From assembly GCF_006345805.1 (NCBI RefSeq), contig NC_043017.1, forward strand, positions 29,574,001 to 29,638,000: 64,000 bases of DNA. Direction: 5' to 3'. Below the pieces are notes generated by a model. That model did not search any database. It was given only the letters and a program-made list of their open reading frames with translations, and was not told the origin of the DNA. A program made the translations under genes and the position numbers. Below, piece after piece: positions 39,455-53,720 of this stretch (positions within the stretch are counted from its first letter, which is position 1; each line of letters starts with the position of its first letter). Origin of the DNA: Octopus sinensis. Its lineage: Eukaryota.

Positions 39455-40000
39455 TTAAGGCGGTTAAGTGGAAGAATCGTTAGCATACTTGGTAAAATGC
39501 TTAGCGGCATTTCGTGCGTCTTTATATTTGAGTTCAAATTCCGCTAATGACAATTTTGCCTTCTATTCTTTCGGGGTCAATAGTGCATGTACCAGTCGAA
39601 CTCTGAGATGAGGTCGATGTAATCGACTTAGCCCCTTGCCATCGAGAAAAAAAATTGCTGGCCTTGTTCCGGAATTTGAATCTAGTGTATTTATTAGTTC
39701 AGGCGGCGAGCTGGCAGAACTGTTAAAATCCCGGGCGAAATGCTTATGACATTTCCGGGTTTTATGAGAACATTACACCTCACTGAACGGTCGGCCGGCC
39801 CATTGCAATGATGAAGGTCAGAATTTTTGAAAGGAGTGTGAAAGTTGTCTACATCGACCCTAGTACATGACTAGTACTGCAGCTTATTGACCCCCGAAAG
39901 AATGAATGACTGAGTCGTCTGGAGTGTTTTGGAAGTCAGAAGATTAAACGCCGGAAAAAAATTCTGCTAGGCATTTTGATCGACATGCTAACAATTCATT
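39455..40000. mobile_element. Cluster of degenerate SINE A copies (+ at 39455-39750, - at 39810-40000)
   Basis: GAGTTCAAATT and GGGGTCAATA on +; ATCGACCCTAGTAC..GACCCCCGAAAG on -. Confidence 0.7.
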
Positions 40001-40833
40001 CATTAATATAAATCTGCTCTGATTGAACTATTTGGCTAAGCCTTTGCCGGAGCACTGTCTTCAAGTAAGTAAAAAACGAAAGGAAATCACTAAAAATATG
40101 TGCTACTCGAAGGAAACGTGGAATGCAAAGATTGAGTTGACATCAATCATTCTCAGACCATCACATTAGAGAATTTTATTATAAGTGATATATCACATGT
40201 GATGACAGGCATTCAGTTCTTCATCAGTTCAGTTTCTGATTCGACACTGCCAAATATATATTTGATAGTATACAGAAATGTTCAGCTTTAGTTACCGATA
40301 TAATAAATTTAATATTTATGACGTTATTTTATCTTAAATTTCATTGTTAGAAATTAAAAAAAAAGTAGAAAGTTTCTCAACAATAATTTATCTCATAATA
40401 CTTATATTAAATTCTATTTTCTGTTTTCAATTCGTAACATTGATTCAAAAAAAGTATTTTTTTCGAGCATTCTGTTATTGTATTATATTTCATTTTTTTT
40501 TTTCCTTATTTCTCTTATAATTTTGAGCATCACAAGGAATGTCTGTGTGTATATGTGTATATGAGAATGGATGAGAGCGTGTGCGTACATGTGTATGTGT
40601 GTGTGCGTGTGTTTTCTCGGACGTACAGGGTTTTGGTGTTATATATATTTTTTTCTGAAACATTTATTTTAGCAAGTTTCAAAATTTCTGACAACTCACT
40701 CGTAATTTCGAAAATAAATCATTTTCACACAAGCACATAAGCTAAAAATACATAAACGCACAGAAATATAATGATATCTGCACACAAAGTCAGAGACAGG
40801 TAAACACACACACACACACACAAATACCCAACC

Positions 40834-40896
<63 letters not shown>

Positions 40897-41108
40897 TATA
40901 TAAATACATATATATGCGTATATAAAGACATATAGTTTCGATAATCTCAATATGTGAATGCGTCCTTACGCGCTTTTGTGTATTTTTATAAGTCCTTCAA
41001 TATATGTGTCTGTAAATTATTAATGCTAAAGTGTGTCTCGTAACTCTAGGTTCATTAGGATGTAATTATTTTCAGAATCCTAAGCTTTTTCTTATTCATT
41101 GACTTCAG

Positions 41109-41211
41109 GAGACATCCCGCTGAGTGTGTCTCCTGGTGGCATTGAAAATAATTATATGGGAATATGTACGAACGCTCTCAGGTGTCATTTCACGAATCAT
41201 TCAGGTTATAG
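41109..41211 (+). CDS. Candidate 103-nt exon, unknown gene
   Basis: TTCAG acceptor, AG|GTAACT donor, one open frame (G)DIPLSVSPGGIENNYMGICTNALRCHFTNHSGY; no homology recognised. Confidence 0.2.
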
Positions 41212-41386
41212 GTAACTTGAAAATTTTATGTTCATCTTGTAATTCAGTTGCACATTTTTTTACGCTGGAAAATGTAATGCGCTCCAATTCGGTGTAACAT
41301 CGTGTGAGTAAGTCAATATTATTGCGAAGGTTTATTGTAGAAAACTTCTAAAAGACTGGTTGTCATTATGATTGATAAGAAACGGT

Positions 41387-41961
41387 TTAACTCTTTAGCA
41401 TTCAAATTAGCGATATGCGGCCTAAGGTTTCCACCTGGTGTATGTTCAAACTGTGGAGGCGCAATGGCCCAGTGGTTAGGGCAGTGGACTCGCGGTCGTA
41501 GGATCGCGGTTTCGATTCCCAGACCGGGCATTGTGAGTGTTTATTGAGCGAAAACACCTAAAGCTTCACAAGGCTCCTGCAGGGGGTGTTGGTGAACCCT
41601 GCTGTACTCTTTCACCACAACTTTCTCTCACTCTTTCTTCCTGTTTCTGTTGTACCTGTATTTCAAAGGACCAGCCTTGTCACACTCTGGTACACGTGTC
41701 TGTGGAATGCTCAGCCACTTGCACGTTAATTCCACGAGCAAGCAGTTCCGTTGATCGTATCAGCTGGGACCCTCATCGTCGTAACCGACGGAGTGCTCCT
41801 ATGTTCAACCTGGTCAGATCCGGCCTCTCACACTAACACTACAATTTCCTTCTGAAAATTAACTGACCTCAAGACCTCAAAGTTAATTCACGATTAATTC
41901 AAAACAACGTGAATAAATGAAGATTACATTTGAGAGACTAATGTGAATGGGAAAGGGTCAA
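41387..41961. mobile_element. TTAA-type non-autonomous DNA transposon (MITE) interrupted by a SINE
   Basis: TTAACTCTTTAGCATTCA at the left, degenerate TGAATGGGAAAGGGTCAA at the right. Confidence 0.65.
41454..41799 (+). mobile_element. tRNA-derived SINE with a 13-bp TSD
   Basis: GGAGGCGCAATGGCCCAGTGGTTAGG..GGTTTCGATTCCC head; TATGTTCAAACTG (41441-41453) and TATGTTCAACCTG (41800-41812). Confidence 0.88.
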
Positions 41962-42024
41962 ACCAACTGCAACGAGTCAGTGACGAGGGTTAAGTATTTA
42001 TTAATGGTGTAAACATCGAGCTGT

Positions 42025-42355
42025 GAAGGCGCATGGCTCAGTGGTTAGTGCGTCAGGCTCACAATCATGGAGGTAATGAGTTCGATTCCGGGACTGGGTT
42101 ATGTGTTGTGTTCTTGAGCAAGACACTTTATTTCACTTTGCTCCAGTTCACTCAGCAGTAGAAATGAGTTGCGACGTCACAGATGTCAAGCTGTATCGGC
42201 CCCATTTGCCTTTCCCTTGGTGGTGGCGTGGAGAGGGGAGGCCAGAATGCATGGGCGACAGCTGGTCTTCCATAAAACAACCTTGCCCGGACTTGTGCCT
42301 GGGAAGGTAATTTTCTAGGTGCAATCCCATGGTCTATGTCGTGAACGAAGGGGAT
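42025..42355 (+). mobile_element. tRNA-derived CORE-like SINE
   Basis: TGGCTCAGTGG A-box, GAGTTCGATTCC B-box, TTCTTGAGCAAGACACTT..CTCCAGTTCACTCAGCAGTAGAAATGAG. Confidence 0.8.
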
Positions 42356-42363
42356 TTCAGAAT

Positions 42364-42401
<38 letters not shown>

Positions 42402-42446
42402 TATATGTTTCATTCATTTAATTCTTTTTGAGATCTAGTTATAAGT

Positions 42447-42510
<64 letters not shown>

Positions 42511-43888
42511 TTGTATTTATATATGTATATATATGCACAAACGTGTATGTGTGCATATTTGTGGCTATTAGTGTGAATGCACGTGTAGCTCATCTCATTT
42601 CTAATCACTCAGTGTACAGCTGGATACAGGATCAGCCCTATGATTTTACGTCAATGTAAATTAAACAAACGCTAAAGAAAATACTCCCTAGCATAAAAAT
42701 ATCGAATACTTACAGCAAGATACCCGCGGCACATTTAGATATTTCAGTGGTTATTTACTTTATCACCTGCTATTGTACTAAAAACACAGTTTGTAGCCAA
42801 ACGTGTATGTATATATACGTGGACGCTTTTATGATTATTCATATCTATTATGCAAACGGTTTCCTCCTTTTTCTCTGCTTCCTTTCTTATATTTTGAAAT
42901 ATTATTCTGATTCCAATTCCATGATACTATTAGTCTTAGTAGTAGGAACAGTTTTTATGATTATTTTATTGTCGTTGGCAATCACACAGCATCGTATTTA
43001 CATGAAGATACGTTTCAATATGCAGTGTTTGTATGTCCCTTTAGCTTTATTTCCCTGTTCGCACCAGGAGTCGAAATATAAAATTTCCTATTCCTGTCAT
43101 TAGTGGCATGTGTACAAAGAAACGGTAAAGAACAATGCAGAATACTGGCGAAATAACAGCTGTGATATTCGTGAAGTGAATATCTCAATTTGCTGCCAAA
43201 ATTCGATGTTTGGCAGAAATTCTGGTTATTCAAAAATCTAATGTCCATCATTCTTGGCCGAATGATGCATTAAATTTAGTAGGACTGAAGAAATCTTAAG
43301 AAATATAATAAAAGTACATTCGTGGAAAGTATTCAGTAAAGAATTTTTTTTGTGCGATTCATTTTGTAAAATGGCTGGTCACATGTCTTTCAAAATATCC
43401 GCTATAATAATTACACTATGCTCATACCAAAATCCGGCCAAATAGTTTCTACTTACTCCACTGCTAGATAGGACAGCGAATCTACTCTCAAATCATAACC
43501 TCCCGGCTCAAAATAAAAGTACAGCTTAGAATATGTAGTCTGGATAAAATCAGAATGACAACGGAGAAGTCACACTTTGTGGGACGCAATACCCTTCGTG
43601 AGCTCTACCACATTGTATCTAAGTACTCAAGTCTGATAGTTCCGAAGTCAATGAACCTCACATTTTATTCGAAGCTTATTTAGAGATATGTATATATATC
43701 TGTTGTAGTAGCCAGCATACGATTAACCTCTACTTACGTACCTAGCAGTTCTTTACTTATCAAGTCTTTAATTAATTTCACACATACCTGCAAATTATAT
43801 TTATTTATCATTTCTTTTTCTTTATTATTGCAAAGTTAAGACAAGTTTAAATTTACTGTGTGTCTACAGTGAAGCGATAGTTACAATC

Positions 43889-44291
43889 TGCTTCTTTATT
43901 ACCCACAAGGGGCTAAACACAGAGGGGACAAACAAGGACAGACAATGGGATTAAGTCGATTACATCGACCCCAGTGCGTATCTGGTACTTAATTTATCGA
44001 CCCCGAAAGGATGAAAGGCAAAGTCGACCATGGTGGAATTTGAACTCAGGACGTAGCGACGGGCGAAATACCTATTTCTTTACTACCCACAAGGGGCTAA
44101 ACACAGAGAGGACAAACAAGGACAGACGATTATATCGACCCAGTGCGTAACTGGTACGTATTTAATCGATCCCGAAAGGATGAAAGGCAAAGCCCATCTC
44201 GGCGGAATTTGAACTCAGAAGGTACCGACGGGCGAAATACCGCTAAGCATTTTGCCCGGCGTGCTAACGATTCTGCCAGCTCACCGCCTTA
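43889..44291 (-). mobile_element. Dimeric SINE A with a 19-bp TSD
   Basis: TGAAGCGATAGTTACAATC at 43870-43888 and 44292-44310; period 184 (43902, 44086). Confidence 0.92.
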
Positions 44292-44775
44292 TGAAGCGAT
44301 AGTTACAATCGATGGTAAACTGCATGCAGGCACGACATAATCCAACGAGGGGAGAGAGGTGGGAGAGAGAGAGAAAGGGGGGAAAGAGCGAGGGGAGAGA
44401 GAGAAAGGGGGGAAAGAGCGAGGGGAGAGAAAGATAGAAAATGAGACAACATGGTTAACTGGATTTACAGAAATAGCAGCCCAATCTCTGGAAATGCCAA
44501 GAAAACAATGGATAATGTGTTTCTAGTTATATACGACATCTGAATAAAGGAGAATGTTATATGGAATTCTCCACCACACTGATGAAGTCTCAGGGAAACA
44601 AACTGGAGCAAAACGATAACTAGTATTTAAGTTGAAATCAGTCTTCCTTCCATTGCAGCACGGATTTTTGTCAGTGAACAGGTCGCGGTCTTAAAGCGAC
44701 GAAAATATTTTGACAAATTAAACTTAAATGTTGAAGTGAATCGAACAGCTTTTGTGTGTTTATTAAATGGCTTAC

Positions 44776-44872
44776 AAACACCTTCCACGCTGCAATTGTT
44801 TGCGTTTCAGCACACGATCTCAGATCAAATCCCTTGCTATGAAAGTACATCTCCGTAATTCCATTACAGAGT
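44776..44872 (-). CDS. Candidate 97-nt exon, unknown gene
   Basis: TTTCTAGCAG acceptor, GTAAGC donor, open frame LCNGITEMYFHSKGFDLRSCAETQTIAAWKVF; no homology recognised. Confidence 0.18.
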
Positions 44873-45689
44873 CTGCTAGAAATACCAGTCACATCTTCTC
44901 TATATCATTATTATTACCGACTTTGTAGAGCGAAGTGGCTCACAGCATGGTATGGTTCTTGATATAGAGAAATACAATGATATGACGTTATATACGGTCT
45001 GAGATACTTTTGATTATAGTTCTCGAACAGGCCTAATGACACTTAACACACATGAAAACGCAAATACATACACCCAAAGATACAAATACAAATACACAAA
45101 ATATACACAGACACAAACTCACACATAGACGCAAACACACACACACACACACACACACGATATATAATTCTCACGTGCATAAATGGAAAATAATTTCAAA
45201 CTATGGGATGTCGGAGTTCCAGGGCGAAATAGCAAAATAGCCGAATGCATTGTAACGGCAGGTAATGTTTATTTTATGGAGTCTGTGTAGGATACTTTAA
45301 TATACATATGCCAATTGAACTAACTTTAAGAGAAGTGTTATTAATGCCTCTGGAAATGTTACGTGAGATATATTGGTTTCGTAATCCAGTGAGATATGGG
45401 GCCTTTGAATATGAACGCTATACAAACGTGTTTATTGCTTGTGAAAAGTTTCTGACGTAAAGGAATTTTACGATTGTCAAATATTATTATTGTGTTTAGG
45501 CAGCGTGTCTCAATTAGTTTCATTTAAATCCACAATAAACTCTTGCTATTCTTTTTTCTTATCGTTTTTCTTTTCCTTCAGCAGCTAACAAAATAAGCAA
45601 CGGCCTTTCATCAAGCCATAAAATATGACCTTGTGTGGAGAATGTTAACATCAAATAGAGTAGCGTTTGGCAATAAAATACACATTGGC

Positions 45690-46010
45690 ATATATATATA
45701 TGTGTGTGTGTGTGTGTGTATATATTATATATATATATGTGTGTGTGTGTGTGTATATATGTGTGTGTGTGTATATATATGTGTGTGTGTGTGTATGTGT
45801 GTATATATATGTGTATATATATATAGATGTGTGTGTATATATATGTGATATATATAGATGTCTGTATATATATATATATATATAGGTGTGTGTATATATA
45901 TATGTATATATATGTGTGTGTGTATATATATGTGTGTATATATATATATGGATATATATATATACATATACAGACACATGCACACACACATATATATGTG
46001 TGTGTGTGTG
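45690..46010. repeat. (TA)n/(TG)n compound microsatellite
   Basis: Directly visible. Confidence 0.95.
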
Positions 46011-47282
46011 CATGAAATATCATTCATTAACTTATGCCGTAAATACGCCAAACGTTAGAAAACTAATGGAAAAGGCAATAAAAATAAATGTAAAGTGTTT
46101 ATATTTTCCAAGAAAAAGTGTGCCTGAACGTTTCGGAGATTTGTTCGTTTTCAACATAGAGCAATGTGATGATAGGAAAGGCAAAAATATCTATAGTAGC
46201 TCATAAAAATATCTATAGTAGCTCATAAAAACATATATTGTGTCATATATACATATTGCATTACAACCCACAACTTTGTGGAAATACGTATTTGACATAT
46301 ATAAGGATTGCATCGCAAAATAAAGTAATCAATATATAAGAAGAGATGGTCTCATTTGGATCATTATTGATTTGAGGCTGCACATCAAAATCGACAAGAA
46401 CAGATGCTTGTCTTTAATATATAGGTAAATAAAAAATCTCCAACATGCACGAAAATAATTTAAGCATATTCATGAAATTAACTACTGAGCTGCTGCACTA
46501 TCTAAAACAAAATTTATTGGATGAGATGGACATTTCTATCGAACCCGTTAATGAAATTAATAGATGTACAACATTACGATGCAATTTAGAAGTCGAGTTA
46601 TGTTTCAATCTAATTTAGTTACATAATAGATGTCTTCGCATTAAGTATTTAACTGATTCTCGTCGTTAATGAGGATATTCTAGATGTCTCATGAATTTCT
46701 CTCTAATCGAAAAGAATTAATAATAATACTACTAATAACAATTATGATGATAATGATGCTTTTGATGATAATGATAATAATAATAATAATGAAGACTTGA
46801 CTATGATGTGAATAATTATGCAAAGTTTAAAGAATGTTCGTAAATAACTAATCACTGATTTTGATTAAAGCAATTGCCGAAATCATTAAGATTACGGAAG
46901 AAGAATATAAAATTTCTAGAATAACCGTTTCTACACCTATTCTGATTAAACGACTATAATACCTTTAATTTTCACCGACATGCATGTAAACTATATTGGT
47001 AATTTATAAATTACGCAATTAGTGTGCCAATATAGGTGAGAATAAATTTCGATCTACTCTGGAACAAGTTAGGAATGTGGTCTCGCTACGTTGTTGAATC
47101 GAAGCGGCAAGAATTGAAAAGATGGCAACAGCGTTGTCACTGGACCGAGTGGAATTGCCGGCTATATATCAAGCAAATTAATTTTCCACTGCCTCACAAA
47201 TGGGACACTTCAAAAATGAAGTAGTTATATTTTTAAAATAAACAAAAGGACAAACATGACTTGAATGTGTGTGGTGTGTGCA

Positions 47283-47349
<67 letters not shown>

Positions 47350-47350
47350 T

Positions 47351-47445
47351 AAACCCACCCCTTCTTTCCTGAGCGTCCAATAATACTATATTTGTTCCAC
47401 GTCCTCGCGTTGTTGTGTTTTTTGTGCTTTTATGTTTGGATTAAC
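47351..47445 (+). mobile_element. 5'-truncated copy of the hammerhead-bearing element at 60691-60900
   Basis: Shares TTCCTGAGCGTCCAATAATAC..CCACGTCCTCGCGTTGTTGTGTTTT..ATGTTTGGATTAAC. Confidence 0.85.
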
Positions 47446-47731
47446 TTTATATATATTTATATATATATGTATGTATGTATGTATATATATATATATATAT
47501 ATGGAACAAAAGTTAAGATAGAAAATGCTAAAACAATTTTATAAAAAACATATATATATATAATGTTCTAATGATTGAATTGTTCAATTAAATGGAGTTG
47601 CATAAAACGATCGTACTGCATTACCTCTGGATATTCTTGTTGCTTATTTTCATTATATTCACCTTATTTTGAAAGTGTATAGATAATACCGTACTAAATT
47701 CTGCTGCCCAAACTTAAGTATCATATTCATC

Positions 47732-47770
<39 letters not shown>

Positions 47771-48400
47771 CGAGAGAGAAAGAGGAGGGGAGGGAGAAAG
47801 AAAATTAAAAAGTAAAGGGGGAAACAGAAGGATCAATATTTTTATGTTTGTTATATTAAGTGACTTTTATAAAGTATTATGGGTTTCGATAAGTATGTTC
47901 ATGTTAGGAAATATTAAAAATCAAAGGTCAAGAACTAAGAAATAAAAATTAAAGAATTAGAAATTAAAACCAATTGTTCTTATATCCTGTGCATAATAAA
48001 GAACGTGATATTTCCGCTTTTAGTTTCTACGTATAACGTTTGATATACGTGGCTCCTTAATCCCTTTTGAACAATGTGTGTGTGTGTGTGTGTGTGTATG
48101 CCTGCGTGCGTGCGCATATTTGTGTGAGTATGTGTGTGTGTTAGTATGTGTGAGTGTGTGTGTGTTTATTTCAGCCATCAGATTTTATATGTGGAATATA
48201 AAGTTTAACAAACGCGTGAATGTACAAGAATGAAAAAAAATATATTACTAATTTAATGACGTCGCCCCAGCATGGCCACAGCTCATGAGCTGAAACTATA
48301 TAAAATATAAATATATAAGATTGTAGATCACGCGTAAACAACAAAGCGAGGTTTTCGGTGTTATGAAAGGGGTAATATCGATATTAACATCATAATTATT

Positions 48401-48448
<48 letters not shown>

Positions 48449-50569
48449 TAGCAGAAAGCTGTTGCGATTGTAATACTGTTTTTCTTTTCTTTTTTCATTT
48501 CATGAAATATAATATCATTGAGCTTTGAAAATAAACAAGCCATTGTCGAATGGTAAATCCATCGAACAGTTTCACAGACTTCAGATTTTTGAATGAGTGG
48601 GCAGATATTATGGATTATAATGTCCCAAGAATTTACGTAGTGCCTATTAAATGGACATTGGTAGCAAGAATGGAAAGGACGACAGATATTATGTTCTTTA
48701 GCTCCAGAAACGCCCGTCATTTTGCTGAACTATTGGCAAACATTATTGTAGTCATGATCAAATGTCTTTCATTTGATTGATTTTTTTTTATCAGCCATAA
48801 ATTATCCATCGTTTCTTTACTGGTTATAGATGGCTCGATAAAATTTTATTAAAATTTGACTGTTATTTCTCTCAGAGTGAATGACCACACAAACACATCT
48901 GGATTACTCCAAAACATGTTTGTTATTTAGTTGCGCTTAAACTGAACTAGTTTTTCTTGCTGAAAATGATTTGTCATTTAAAATGTCATCTTCACAAAAG
49001 TGTTGTCTCTTTCAAGATTTCCGTATTTTAAGTGTCTGTAACTTATCGGTATTTTTATAAATTCTATGAAAGAGATATCCATCAACTTCCTTAAATGATA
49101 ATGGAATGAATCCAAATGAAATGAAGGCGGAAAGATAATATAATACAACCGAATACAACAGTCACTAAACAGATTCAAGAGTCACAAGAGATACAATTCT
49201 GAAATTTCCGTCTATAATTTATTTAGTTCTTATTATATACTATTTTTTTGCGTATATATTTCCTTCTATTTGTGAAGCCCAGTTTTCTTAAAGGAAAATT
49301 TCCAAATTTCCTTTATGTTCTTATAGAATTCATACTTCGATCATAATGCATCATTTATGTTCGGCATCAAAACAACAATTATTTTTGTCCGTTATTCAAC
49401 GTCTCGAAATAAAACCGTATAAGCTGATATTTATTCATTCTCCGACATCAACATCGCTTAATAATTGATACGTCTAAGGTTAGCAGGTCAATCGAAATAT
49501 CGAATTCCTTTGAAACACTGTTGAAAGGTTTGTTGAACTCGTTCTCACAACATGCAATATAAGAGCAAAAATGGGGAAAAAGTATCGTTTTCTGATCTAC
49601 AAAATATTCTAAGTCAATATCGTAATATTAGCACTGTATTTACTGGCGTCTTCGTGAGAAAATAACGCGGTTGCTATCCTACATACTTAGCAACCATATT
49701 GTAAAAGTCTCCGCAGTTGTATTTTTTCTGTGCATATGTGTATATATGAATAATTTTATACTTGAGTGGTTACATCATTCATAGGCATAATGGATACTAC
49801 TAACTCGTGTTTCTATAAAGCTTATCAAGTTATTCCTAGAGTAACCCTTAAACCTGAAATTATTTTGAGCACAAATCCAAGACAGAATAAATTAATGCAA
49901 TAAGTAAGAATAAATAATACTTATCAAGCACTTCCCAGTGGGGAGTATGTTAACGATTAGATATATATATATATCATATATTTCAATAATGTTTAGCTAG
50001 ATATTCGTGCAGTAACCTTTCAACTTAACATTATATTAAATATAATTTGAACAGAGAAAAGACACATTAACGCAATAACGGAGCAAGAATTAGTTATCTA
50101 TCAATTGCCCAACGGGATAGAGTTAAGAAATATACTACGAACTAATAATCGAAATTTTTCTGCTAAATTAGGCCCTGATATCTGTTTTCTCACAACAGAC
50201 ATGTAATAACGCGTCTCGAGTTCGTGGCGAGTGAACTTCCGCTTCTCAAAATAAAGCTTACAGCGTCTGAGCTAAAGTGAGTTTCGGTTGGAGTTCGTAG
50301 CAGTCAATTCATTCACATAAATAAATATATAAATAAATAAATAAAAAGAAAGAAGACCTGAAAATTAAATAACAAAAACGGAATTTGCTCTTCGCAATAT
50401 ATTACAAATCGAAACAAAAGCTTCAGCTATTTAAATCTGTTGCCTTCTATTCCTATAAATAGACGCTTTGTAGGTAAAAAAATTATACACTTTTATCACG
50501 AATATTGTTAGGATTATCTACTTTAGATTTTCTCTATTTTCTTTCTTATGTATATATACACAAGTACGT

Positions 50570-50600
<31 letters not shown>

Positions 50601-50750
50601 GTACATATTCTCATTTCCAGTGATAAATATACACATACGTGTACTTATGAAAATGTACATTTCCAATACACATTCCACATAAACACACACACATGCGTAT
50701 ATGCATATATAAACGGCTGCGATTATGTGAAAGTTCCTGTATATATATAT

Positions 50751-50782
<32 letters not shown>

Positions 50783-51239
50783 ATATATATACACACACAC
50801 AAGAATAAATATCTGTATGCACCCATACATGTATGTGTGTGTGAGAGAGAAAGGGACCGAGAATGGGAGAGAGAGGGAGAAAGGGAATGTACGCGTGAGA
50901 GGAAGGATGTCTGTGTGTGATAGAAATGAAGAGACACAGTGAGAGAGAGGAAGAGAGAGAAAGAGAGATATCAAGGATTCATGGAGATGTATGTGCATAT
51001 ATGTAGTTTCCATCATGTGAATGTTTCCATGTCTGTGTCTCTTTATACAAAGTATTCGAAATAAATAACCAATGCATATATAAGGTAACAACAATGGATA
51101 CACAAAAAAGCTGCAAATACCTTCGAGCAGATTGAACGCGAAGCTTTAGATTTAGTTGAACTTTGTAGACCGTCACCAATCTCCTCCCTTGAACAACCCC
51201 CTTGTATAAGGTTCTACTTGCCTTCTTCATGCACGTGTT

Positions 51240-52860
<1,621 letters not shown>

Positions 52861-53093
52861 CAGTTTATATATTTATGTCGATTCATATATTTCCTTTCAA
52901 AAAATATTTCAAAATGAAGAGAACGTGAACTTTCTTCTTGTTTTTGAAAAGTTAAATCTCGAAGCACATAAAGCTATAAAGAAATCACGTAAATATTAGG
53001 TAAACACAAAAAAAAAGAAAAAAAAACGAATCAGGGGAAAGAAAATATCGAATTCTGCACGTGGGATATGAACTCTCACCTGAACTCCCGTGA

Positions 53094-53127
<34 letters not shown>

Positions 53128-53603
53128 GTACACACAGAAGCAAATGTATATCTCTTAGACAAACGCATATGTGTCCGTTTCCATGATTGAGTTAAAATGA
53201 TACACATCTAAGTAATTACTATTGCTTGCTCAGATCAACCATACACGTGCAGAAATGCATTCCATTGTAATTGTATTATCATTTTCGTGACTGATAATCG
53301 TGGTATACCAGTGTCACCTTAATTGACGTGTCTTTAACATCACATGTCCATTTTCCTCTTGTATAACCTGCCGCAAGCATAGGCCAGCGGCGATGCTGGA
53401 ACACCACCTTGTAGGCTCACTTAAAAAAAATCCAAATCGGTTGTCCACCAGGGAGAATACAAAATCTCAAGACAACCATACACATATCGTCGTCGACGTC
53501 ATATACATATGCACAAACACGTGCGCAAATAACTATTTAGAGAAATACAGGTATATCAAATATCACAAAATTTTACTTCTTGTTTCTTTAAACTATTTCC
53601 AAC

Positions 53604-53720
53604 TGGAGCTTTTAAGTGTTTTTGCTCAATAAGCACACACAACAAACGGTCTGGAAATCGAAACCGCGATCCTCCGACCGCGAGTCCGCTGCCTTAACCA
53701 CTGGGCCATTGCGCCTTCAC
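53604..53720 (-). mobile_element. Head fragment of the 41454-type SINE
   Basis: Reverse complement of GTGAAGGCGCAATGGCCCAGTGGTTAAGG..GGTTTCGATTTCCAGACC. Confidence 0.8.

Noticed and set aside
41454-41530. tRNA-like sequences (also at 42025, 53640 and the heads of families A and B)
   Set aside because: They continue into SINE bodies and lack a complete cloverleaf; SINE heads, not tRNA genes.
44570-44610. CTGATGAAGTCTCAGGGAAAC hammerhead-like string
   Set aside because: No stem II pairing and no NUH plus adjacent stem I.
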